A stretch of 64,000 nt of DNA from Gnetum montanum. Lineage: Eukaryota > Plantae > Gnetophyta. Below are positions 40,001 through 50,670 of the stretch, in pieces. A program made the translations under genes and the position numbers. The stretch spans positions 124,001 to 188,000 of the forward strand of contig MNCI01002198.1 in assembly GCA_015680685.1 (NCBI GenBank), given 5' to 3'. The stretch's first letter is position 1. Each line of letters opens with the position of its first letter. The notes beneath the pieces are model-generated. The model did not search any database and was not told where the DNA came from. It saw only the letters and a program-made list of their open reading frames with translations.

Positions 40001-41850
40001 CTAGCATGTCTTCAATGGTAAGCGGTGTAAGGGATGCACACTCCCCATCCAACCAACTAGCCTCCTTACCCTTTCTATAAAATTTTGAATATCGGGTTGG
40101 GTAGGTTTTAAACTCAAGTCCAAGTTGTCCTATTATGTTGGCACGCATGTTCCTGATAGAGGAGAACTCCTACAAGGTTGTCTGTGCCAACACCAAGGCA
40201 TCTGTGTCACTGTGAAGATCATTCCCATTAATATAAAACCTAGTAGTACACAAAAATGTAGTTAACATCTTTGTCTAGCATAACATAGATTATACAACAC
40301 GTTAAGATACCTCCACAAAACTCACTCGCTGACATAGTAAATGATTCTAGGTGGGTTCTGAAAACAAGTGCCCATGTGACGGGCAACGTATAACGTGTTA
40401 TATAAGTGATAGCACTTGTACTCAGGCATGTCCCAAATCCAACTTAAGTACCTCAAGCCTCTTGGACACTAGTTGGAACCTTTTGTACATTCTCCTTTGA
40501 TCGCCCCGTCAGCCATGAACTTCAGAATACCCTGGTTTGCATCAGGCAATAGTGTTTCTGTAATTGCGGCCGTTGTCTCGGCTGATAAGTGTGACCATAC
40601 GATCACATTAAAATGGTGGAGGAGGAACTGTAAGAAGTCCCGTGCACCCTCCTAGAACCAAACTACTTGCTACCCCACACATGCATGGTGAGGAGGGACG
40701 TTGGCCACAGGTTCACTGAGGTAGCACAAGACTCCTACAAGTTCAAGGATGAACAAGACAGGTTTAAACATGACCCTGCATGACAAAGCATCAAACGTTA
40801 GCACTGTGTTCAAGTGAGGTTTACACGTAGTGTAGCATGACCACCTGTTTACAAGTAGCATAGCGTAACCCTCTATTTACATGTAGCATAGAATGATCTT
40901 CGAACTACGAATCCCTTTTTTAGCATGAACCAAGGAGTCCCTTAATGAATGAAGGTAAACATTGCATGAAGCATACTAAAAAGAGTTGGGAGTAGCATAG
41001 CATAACGGTTAAGTCCAATGTAATGTATAACAAGCAAAGCACTGTAGCCGGCGTCACGACATAGCAAACTTGGCAGAATAGCAAATTTAACAATGTAGCA
41101 GCACTGCAAATTTAACAGCGTAGCAACATGATAGACTGCCAACATATCAGCCTAAGGGCCTCACAGCATAAGCAAAGTAGCGTACCAACAAAAACTTTAC
41201 AGTCTAACCATGCAGATGGGAGAGAATTCACAGTGCCCCCGCTGTTGCAACCCTACCTTGCCGCATGAAATAGCTCGCGCTACACTACACTAAACATGCG
41301 TCACGCTGTCATAAATTTTTTTGTAAATAACTAAACCTCTCCAAGGGCGGTACGTTACACCAAGCATATGCTATGCCACACAAAACCACCCAAACTGCTA
41401 TAACAAGGTAGTCGCCATTCTTAACAATGGTGGCTAGGGCGATACTGCATGTAGCCGTAATGTAGCATCCATACGGCCGCTGTGGCCAACTAGCGACAAC
41501 GACGGCGTAGCGGCTAAAACGCCAACTAAAACACTAGCAATAAATGCAGACATCACCATAATAACAGCAACAACGATCTAATTCATTTCATCACCTAAAG
41601 AAAATAAGGATAGCGTAGTCACTTACCGAGTTGATGGAGCCTCTTATCACACCTCAACGCTCGCCTTGGACAGGTGTCCCAGAGTGTCCTTCACCCCATC
41701 TACCTTGGCAAGTCCTCGATGCTTGCGTTCGCCTTTGGGTGCCATTATATTGCTCATGAATTATCTCTGCCAACTACTATGCTACGCCTGTTGCACTCTC
41801 TCTACTCAATCGTGCTATGCTCTGGATGTGAGCTTTGACAATGAAAATGA
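37075..41850 (-). pseudogene. Antisense spliced accessory gene: FCP1/NIF pseudo-phosphatase domain, plant transposon domain, EEAP acidic repeat, coiled coil
   Basis: TATA 41875-41882 and ATG 40771. Introns 41626-40776, 40325-40240, 39964-39863, 38836-38726, 38134-38055 and 37225-37138 (last acceptor CAA). The frame is preserved across the first three coding introns, with only TAG/TGA decay stops. Confidence 0.8.
40140..40771 (-). pseudogene. FCP1/SCP (NIF, HAD-superfamily) phosphatase-like domain with degenerate catalytic motifs
   Basis: MFKPVLFILELVGVLCY..VG*QVVWF*EGARDFLQFLLHHFNVIVWSHLS..LRYLSWIW..YNTLYVARHMGTCFQNPPRIIYYVSE/FYINGNDLHSDTDALVL matches the NIF order LVLDxxGxL, RPGxxEFL, FxVxVWS, KDLSxxW, NTLLVDD..NP. 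Confidence 0.78.
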
Positions 41851-41874
41851 CAAGTTTACCAGGGGTTAAATCCC

Positions 41875-41882
41875 TATTTATA
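41875..41882 (-). promoter_or_regulatory. TATA box of the antisense gene
   Basis: ctataaataggg on the minus strand, about 250 nt upstream of a canonical cg|GTAAGT donor at 41626. Confidence 0.65.
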
Positions 41883-42060
41883 GTTAATGTGGGAAAACAC
41901 TTGCCATTTTCATGTTTCAATTAATGCGGGACATCCCCTATAGCGTAGCACTATTATGTCGTAGTCCCACTATAGCGTAGCAATTATTTGTAGCATAACA
42001 GGCGGGCCTACTGGAAATTTTGCCCCATCTTGTCACTTTATCTTTACAAAATCTACCTCA

Positions 42061-42380
42061 TCATGGTCTGCAAATACCTTAAACTAGTAATCTTAACTTT
42101 TAATTCTACCTAGTAATGGTCTGTAAAGACCTTAAACTAGCAATTTTAACTTGCAATTCAACCTGGCAATGGTCTGCTAAGACCTTAAACTGACGATTCT
42201 GATTTATGTGGGATACTAACCTACAATGTAGCCTAATGATGGTTTGCTACGACCTTAAACTGGAAAAGTTAATGCCCCTTACATTTTCAAACCCATTAAC
42301 GGTCTTCTAAGACCTTAAACTAGCAATTCTGATGTACAGGTTGTGCATGATTATAGTCCACTAAGACCTTAAACTGGAAA
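42061..42380 (+). repeat. Hairpin array B: ATGGTCTGCTAAGACCTTAAACTRG x6 with variable spacers
   Basis: Copies at about 42063, 42116, 42169, 42239, 42299 and 42353. Confidence 0.88.
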
Positions 42381-42504
42381 CTTGCAAACTTTGCATAGTA
42401 CTTGACAATTATTTCATGTTGCATTGTTGCTTTACAAACATTCATTACATGTTGTTGCTACAGACATGTATCACTTGACTTAGTCTTTTTTCTTATTGTG
42501 TCAG

Positions 42505-45500
42505 GTTTAACAAAAATGGCCATGCATGGTGATCTTCATTTGCTTTTAACCTTGACAGGTCCTCATGGCAGGCTCACAAGACACCTAAACTTAGAATCAA
42601 TAGACTGGGAATCATATACTAACAACACCGTAGTGTCCCTGGAAACATTCCTAGATTGGCCCGAACATCTGGTCCAAGCCTTAGACTTAGAGGCCAGGGA
42701 TGTGATTGAGGACGCTCTCAATGAAACACCCGTAACTACATTCAAGGGGCAAATAAAGACATTAAAAGTTATCTCCCTCCTAGATCCACATATGCAAAAA
42801 GGCATATTTAGGATTCTCCAAGACAATGTGAAAGTGTTTGCATGGTCCTATGAAGACATACCAGGCTTAGACCTGCGGCTCATACAACATAACATTATCT
42901 TAGACCCACGTGTCAAGCCAATCAAGCAAAAGGCTCGAAAAATCAAATCAGAAATCGCACTAGCTGTACATGATGAAATCACCAAGCTGTATCAAGCTGG
43001 TTTCATTCGTGCGGTCGATTACTTGGAGTGGGTGTCGAACATCATTGTAGTTTCTAAGAAAATGAGAGGTATACGAATTCGTATAGACTTTCGAGATCTA
43101 AACAAAGAAATGATTAAAGATGATTTCCCATTACCAAGTATTGATCAACTTATAGACACTATGGCTAGTCATGCCTTATTGTCCTTTATGGATGGGTTCT
43201 CAGGTTACAACCAGATTCGCATCAACCCAGAGCATCAGTTAACAACTACTTTCATGACCCCTTGGGGAACCTTTTGTTACACCATGATGCCTTTTGGACT
43301 CAAAAACACCAAAGCAACCTATCAATGAGTCATGACATACATTTTTAGCGACTACCTCTTGCAGAGATGAAATTATTACGTGGATGACATAGTAGTCAAG
43401 TCTAAGGAAGCTATTAATCATCCCAATGATCTAAATGTAGTCCTCAAACGTTGTTACAGGCATGACTTGCATCTCAATCCAAGGAAATGTGTTTTCAGAG
43501 TTAAAATCAGACGCATGCGAGGGTTTGTAGTATCGGAGGCAGGGATATGAGTGGACCCTGATAAGGTAAGGGCCATCATCAACTTAGCACTGCCTATGAA
43601 CCTTAAAGAGCTATGTGGGTTGCAAGGTAGAGTACAGTTTATTTGGAGGTTTATTACGAGGTTGACCGACAAGTTACACCACATGCAACACTTGCTAAAG
43701 AAGGGGGTCAGCTTCGAGTGGACAGAACAATGTCAACAAGCCTTCAATAACCTAAAGAAAGAGCTTTTGCACCTCCCAATTATTTACCCACCATAGAGGG
43801 ATAAGACTTTCTACATCTACCTTGCCACCTCGGACACATCTATTGCAACATTATTATGTCAGAAGAAAGATGATGGCTCTGAAGTCCTGGTTTATTACTT
43901 GAGCCATGTGCTAATAGCTTATGAGGCAAAGTATAACGAAGTAGAAAGAAATTGTCTCGCTCTAGTGTTTGTGCTAAAAAAGTGGAGACATTACCTGTTT
44001 CGTAGCAAAGTTAACATCATATGCAAGAGCAACATACTTCAGGCTAATCATAACGAACTTGTACGAGAGCAGTAGAATAGCCCAATGGAAGGCTATAATA
44101 GCTGAATTCGGCTTACATTATGTAGCCCAATCATCAACAAAGGGCCAAGCAATAGTTACACAACTTACAACTTCACCTATTGACAATCAGGCAATAATAG
44201 AGCCTAAATTCCCTGATGAACACATCAATAGCCTAAGCCTTGTACCATCTGACTTCAAAGAAACTCTACATTTTGATTATGCTTTGGCCACATGAAGAGG
44301 AAGCACCGCCATAGTTATTACTTTTCCTTCTAGGGATATTCAACCTTTTGCTTACCGTTTTATGTTCCTTTGTATGAACAACATAGCTAAGTACGAAGGA
44401 CTCCTCAGGGGTCTCTTAGTAGCTTGAGAACTAAAGATTCAACATTTGGTAGTTTGAGGCAATTCCCAACTCATCGTCAATTAGATTACCAAAGTCTATG
44501 CTTGTAAAGCTTCACACTTACAACCTTATTACGACTTGGCCAAGAGTTTGCTGAAATAGTTTGCAACGATAGACATCCAACATGTGCCTCACAACAAGAA
44601 CACTGTAGCAAATGCACTAGCCACGTTAGCATTGAATGTGCCACCGAATCTATTTGCAACTTTATCCACTTTGATGATAGAATGCAGAAATCCTATTACT
44701 CAAGTGGTACACATCGCATCTATAAGAACAACTAATATTCAAGAGTGGTATGCTAATGTCAAAGCTTACCTTGAACACGGCAAACCCTCACACAGCTTAA
44801 CATCCACTCAAAAGGATGCAATCCGAAAGCGAGCATGGTAGTATGTCCTCGTAGGAGATAACACTTTATGCAAATGCTCCTTTGATGGGATATTACTAAC
44901 CTGCATTGGTGGGAAACAAGCACAGAAAATTGTTAATGAAGTCCATGAAGGACTGTGTGGAGGACACATAGCCCCTAGGGCTATGGCAGTAAAAATTAGA
45001 CGCCTAGGGTACTGTTGGCCTTACATTGAATGAGATTACCTTGCCAAAGTCAGGACGTGTGATGTATGTCAACACCATGCAAATCTCATACACGTGTCAC
45101 CTACTAAATTACATCCTACGCAGATCACATGGTCATTCCAATGATGGGGACTAAACATCATAGGACCCATCATGCCTAAGTCTTCCACAGGACACAACTT
45201 CATCATCACTGCCACCGAGTATTTTACAAGTGGGTGGAGGCTATTCCCCTAAGAAAAACTACATCTCAACAGGTTTGCCACTTTATCTTAGACAACATAG
45301 TAACAAGGTTTGGTCTTCCCATGACTATTGTGACAGACAACGGGCCACAATTTAGTAGTGCAGAAACCAAAATATTTTGTGACAACCTTGACATCAAGCA
45401 CTCATTTTCATCGTCGTACTACCCACAGGCAAATGGTCAGGTAGAGGCAACAAAAAAGGCCATGATCAACTTGCTCAAAAAGATGCTTAGTAGTAGCAAG

Positions 45501-46023
45501 AGGCGATGGCATGAGCAAATCCTCTACGTATTGTGGGCTTACTGCATGACGTGCAGAATGGCTATAGGTAAAACTCCTTACAAACTTGTTTGTGGANGTA
45601 CGTATTGTGGGCTTACTGCATGACGTGCAGAATGGCTATAGGTAAAACTCCTTACAAACTTGTTTGTGGATCTAAAGTGGTGTTACCTCTTGAATTACAA
45701 GTACTATCACTTTGGATGATCCTTTCAAGCATCATGAACGAGGCCTAGAACAATGAGTCAAGGGTCATTAACCTTGACTCCATAGAGGAGGAGCGTGCCC
45801 AAACACTTGGTTGCATCGAATGGTACCAGGACAAGCCAATCAAAAAGGGGGACCTAGTTCTCAAGTTTGTTTGTGAACATGTAAACAAGTTCTCAACAAA
45901 CTAGGAAGGCCCATTCGTAGTCACAAAAGCCTATGAGAATGGGGCCTTCAAGCTAGCTGATATGGATGGCAATGAATTTACAAATCCCATGAACCACTTA
46001 TACCTCAAGCCATAGTACATCTG
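42505..46023 (+). pseudogene. pol: Tat pol: RT, RNase H, additional (archaeal-type) RNase H, integrase
   Basis: Motifs VFAWSYEDIPGLD, IDFRDLNK, SFMDGFSGYNQI, MPFGLKN, YVDDIVVKS; aRH NNIAKYEGLL, GNSQLIVN, NTVANALA; INT HEGLCGGH, TDNGPQF, YYPQANGQVEA, EGPF. Confidence 0.95.
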
Positions 46024-46051
46024 ATACAAAGCAAGGTAAGTGCCATCATCC

Positions 46052-46443
46052 ACTACGATGTAAAACTGGCAAAGATTATTTTCTATGACATAAAATTGGC
46101 AAAGATAGTACGCTATGACTAGAAACTGGCACAAAATGTCTACTACGATGTAAAACTAGCACAAAATGTTTGCTATGACATTAAACTGGCACAACACATC
46201 TTTGGGCCATGACATAAAACTGGCATCCACAGTATGGTCTGCTACGACCTTAAATTGGTCATCCACCATCTGCTACGATGAGAAACTAGCACAACGGTAT
46301 GTTAGGACCTTAAACTGGCACATTGATCCACTACGACCTTAAACTGGCCCATCCACTGTCTGCAATGATGTTAAAATAGCACAACAATCTGCTAGGACCT
46401 TAAACTAGCACATTACGGTCTTCTAGGACCTTAAACTAGCACA
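46052..46443 (+). repeat. Hairpin array C in the 3' UTR: about 13 copies of a ~30 bp unit CTACGACCTTAAACTGGCA plus variable spacer
   Basis: Repeated (c/g)ta(c/t/g)ga..(t/a)aaact(g/a)gca units with the same core as arrays A and B. Confidence 0.88.
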
Positions 46444-46739
46444 TCTTTGAGGAGAGGTCAAAAAGGCCAACAAAGAAGGATGCTCATGTGTGTTGACTCC
46501 CTCACAAGCACTTCGATGAGGGATCATGCTATGTCATATCTTTTCCTTTCTCGGACCTATCCCCTCAAGTCCATCCTTTCCCCCTTTCCCTACATGACTA
46601 TCTCAATACTCGCAAGCGTAGTAAAGCGACATCTAAGCGACCACTGGAGAGCAATGTTAGCATTTTTTTTCATGGTGTTTTGTATTCTTTGTCGATATCT
46701 CTTGGGTAGGTCCTCTAGACATCAACAAAGAGGAGCCAT

Positions 46740-48853
46740 TGAAACACCATAAAATTTCAGGGCCCTGATGCCTCAGTAGAGTCTTGACATTCGGGCAAAG
46801 AGTTCCACAAGTGTAGCATCATGATGGATTGTTCGGACAACATAGGCATTGAGGGTAGACTGCACAGTCCAACAAGTTTTCTATTGCCTGGGTTGACAGG
46901 CCTGCTAGACTCTCCAGCCTACCCAACTAGACAATTGACTTGGCTGATAGTCTACCCAGGGACCATGTTAGAAGTTGTCAAAAGTGTTCAAGATGAGCTA
47001 AACAATTTGACAAGTTTTTTAACAGAGAAATCTGCTATGCTATGCTATGCTGTGTAGAGTAGCAAGCCTTGAGGAGACCAATCAGACATCCAAGATGTAA
47101 ATTGATAATAAGCTAGTCTTCCAGAGCATCTACCCTGTTTCATCCCTAAAGCATGAGCGATATGGCGCAACAAAATGTGGTGAATTTTGTCAAGCATTAT
47201 CTCAATCTGAGTGCTATGTTGTGCTACACTATGCAACATAATACAACGTAGCGGGAATATACTTCGACAACACTCCTACTCGGGTAGCTTTGATAGAGTA
47301 AAAGAACTTGCCCCTACTTCAACCGTTAAACAAGCTTGCTTTGCTGACACACCAAGACATGAAAAACATCCTATGACAAAATGTTTGCAAAAATGAGTCA
47401 GGATTCGGCCAACACTGGGTGCTATGCTGTGCTACACTATGCAGTGTAGCAAGGATAGAATGCACAAAGGCCCTTCTACCAAGTGACTCCAGTAAGAGAA
47501 TCACACTTGGCAATGCTTCGACCTCTAAAACTACCTGTCTGACTTAGCCCTCACTCCTCAAGCAAAGGTTCCTAATAAAACATTACAGATTAAACAAGGA
47601 TGCATGTCACATTGGCTACTATGCTGTGCTATGCTGCATAGCATAGCACAGTGTAGCAAGGATGCAAAACAACAGAATGCCCCAAGGATGAACTCAGTAG
47701 GTCCGAAGGCTTTCTAGCATGAAAGACAAAGTTGTAGTTGCTTGCCTAACCATGCCTTAGACAGATGCTCTCGGCTTCTAGGTAAGACTCTTTTCAAGGT
47801 TGGTAGCTACACTATGCTATGCTATGTAGCGTAGCATAACATAGCGTGCAGTTACTTACACTACCCCAACACAATGGATAACGTAACTAATGTAACACTT
47901 GGAGGCATCAAGATGTTTTCAGTTAGCTCGAAAACTTGTTGGAAATGATCATTCTCACCTTGGCATCTCTTTGGCGGACAAAATCAGCAAGTTTACTTCA
48001 TTTTGCATACCCTTGGTCAATCCCCAAAATTGTTGCTACGCTTGACCCTGCTCAACAAAAGTAGGGAAGATGTAGTCTTGGAGCATAGGCTCCATTTTTC
48101 TTTCATTGTTGGTATGCTTTCTGGATTTTGGCACATGTAGTTTCAGTAATATGGTCACAGCGTAACAGGGTTCACATCCAACATCACACACCTACATAGC
48201 ATAGCCATGCTTGCACCTTGTGGGACCCAGGACATGTGGCATCTAGACTACATTTTTCTCCTGCTCCTGGCCCTATAAATACCCCGGCGAACAATGTTCA
48301 AAGGGTTGGCTTTTTGGGTTGAATTTTCAAGAGCATAGTTGGCATTTTTAGCATTCTGGTTGGCTTTGAGCATTTTGGTTAACTCCAGACATCCTTTTGC
48401 AGGTCTAGCATTTGTGCACTTTGGCGAGCAGATTGGCAAGTAGAAGAATCCTGAGTAGCGAGCTATCGGCTATAGTTCAGGGACCTATGACCACATTTCT
48501 TTGTTGTAAGCTGTGCCATTCTAGTGTTGCATATTTAGTTGTACGCTTTTCAACAAAACAAAGATCAGATTTTCCATCTTGGGGTGGTGCATTTTCTCAC
48601 CCAAGTCTCTTTTATTCTTTGTTTACTATTGGCTTGCATTTGTTGATCATCGCTTCACCTGCATACATTGCTTCTAAAACAAACATTTATTAAAGGTTAA
48701 GTTATACCAATTAAGTCCCTGTTTGATCGACCAGACTGTTCAGGGCATCCCGTTTCTGTTTTTCTCAAGCACGGCCCTCTCACAAATCTGAGGTTAAACT
48801 GTACGCCTGGCAACCTCTCAGTGTTCTAGCCACTAACATTTTTGGTTGCTACA
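46740..48853 (+). repeat. Tat 3' LTR
   Basis: TGAAACACC...GCTACA, preceded by the PPT-like aacaaagaggagccat. TATAAATA at about 48274. Confidence 0.9.
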
Positions 48854-50670
48854 CTTCCTTCTTTCGTGATGTGTCTGTTTGGAATGCCCTTGCCCCCTTT
48901 CTCTACTATTTTGTCAGTGCTTTCTATTTCACCTACCATTGTCCTCATGGTCTTGCCCTCTGTGACTGTGCTCAGATCATGAAGGAGAGAAGGAAGAAGA
49001 TGATGAAAATGAAGAGGAAGGAGGACTAGCACCATGTCAGCACTTGCCACCTTCTCTTTGATGGTCGTGGCCTTAATCGTGGTTACAATCATAATGTCCA
49101 TCATTGTCATGTGTTCGTGTTCCTTTTTTGGACACTTTATGTCCATTGGTACTAGAACCTGGGTTATGAATAGTTGAGTGAAGATTTTGATACCCAAGTC
49201 CTTGACCAAAGTCAAAGAGAGGAACATTGTTTTGTGGAAAACCTCCCAAGACAAGTTCACCACTGTCATTTTTACTTAGGACATACGGGACATCCTAAGA
49301 CCACTTCCCCTTCACGAATTTGTAATGTCTCTCCTGTTGTAGATCCCTCTGGCATTGTGCCTTCATGGGTTGATAATCTCTCGAATCTTATTCATGCACA
49401 ATGTACTCTGAATATAAGTGCTACATACCAATTTGTGTGAGAGCATGAAGAAGCATGCCTAGGATTAAGTGATCAAGAGTTAACACCATGTTACCTTCTA
49501 AATCACGCCATCACAGCTGTTCATCCTAGTGGAGGATAAAGTTAAAGTCTGGTACATACTCATTAGGATGAGCGTATACCATGTGAAACTATTGGGGCAC
49601 TGGCGGATCATCTTGTGCATCCCACCTCTAATTGTTCATGGTATTGGACTTAGTCAGTGAAGCACTCTTATAAGAAGAAGGAGACATGATTGATTACTCA
49701 GTGTGTGGTACTCTTTTCTGGTGATTGTAGGATAGTTAACCTTAAGGGTTCGTTCCAATGATGGAAGGATTTCCTAAGTTCTAATCAACGCACAAACAAC
49801 AAAATCCCCAGCAACGGTGCCAATGATGAGCGGCAAGGTACCCCTACACCCAACCATATGAATATGAGCATTCATGTGTGATCCGGTCAAACTCCAAGGA
49901 TTAAGTGCTTATGCACCTACATAGAACAAAAATGAGTTATGTAGTCATTATCCTCCCAAGCTTACTTGTAAGGCATAATTGTATGGTTAAGTAAACTTGA
50001 GGCATATGATTTTTTTATGTTCTTTATATTTTCTATCTTGGTCTCCTGAGTGTGTTAAATGAAAATATTTAGTTAACTAATGGGTTTTTCTAACTCTAAT
50101 GTTAATCGAATCCTGACACCAGCATTTTTTCCCACTCTCTAGACACATCCTGAACCAATGTAACACTACTGGGATTACCAAACTCTAGTCATTACTGGGT
50201 TACCAAGTGTTCCACGTATGCTCAAAGTGGTCATGTTGAGTGTGCTAATTCGTTGATAATTAATAATTATATAGAAATAACATTGATTAACTAATGAGAG
50301 CATCAAATAATAGTAAATAACATTAAATGAAATAGTTAAGCTATTTTGAATGTTGCAAGGTTTATCACAAAGTTTGTCTTTATTTCTAGACACAAGGTGT
50401 GCTTAGGCACACAATGCTCAAATAAAGATCCATTTACTCTATGACTCCTACTGTGGGCACTCAAAAATAATTCTAACTCTAGAAGAGAAAAACTGCAAGA
50501 GTTCGACTAAGGGACTGAAAAATACTATCCAAAACCAAGTGCCCCTGTTTCTTATTTATAGACAACGAGAAAGGCTTCGACATCGCGTGTTCGATGTCGG
50601 GGATCCGATGTTGCTTGGCCGATCCGATATCACGTATCCAATATCGGGTCACTTATTTGGTGACTCATCA
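48854..50670 (-). mobile_element. 5' fragment of another Athila-family copy: LTR 49824-50670, Asp PBS 49805-49822, gag N-terminus from 49582
   Basis: TGATGAG termini. The PBS reads tggcaccgttgctgggga on the minus strand. MVYAHPNEYVPDFNFILH*DEQL is homologous to the ORF at 16139. Confidence 0.88.

Larger units (their letters stand above)
36507..42504 (+). other. About 6 kb intron-like spacer between protease and RT
   Basis: No pol coding. Acceptors ttttttcttattgtgtcAG (42504) and ttttaaccttgacAG (42558) precede the RT frame. Candidate donors are GTACGC (36507) and GTTAGG (36532), but phase is unresolved. Ogre elements have an intron at this position. Confidence 0.65.
31633..48853 (+). mobile_element. 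Ogre/Tat-type Ty3/gypsy retrotransposon, 17.2 kb, no matching TSD
   Basis: Two 2.1 kb LTRs, a PBS, gag-PR, a ~6 kb spacer, RT-RH-aRH-INT, 3' tandem repeats and a PPT. Confidence 0.92.

Noticed and set aside
42061-42380. CRISPR-like repeat/spacer array (also 46052-46443)
   Set aside because: Plant retrotransposon context, no cas genes, degenerate repeats and irregular, partly related spacers. Treated as RNA motif arrays instead.
46262-46292. Hammerhead ribozyme core (gatgag..gaaac)
   Set aside because: There is no CUGAUGA box or stem II geometry; it is a variant of the array unit.
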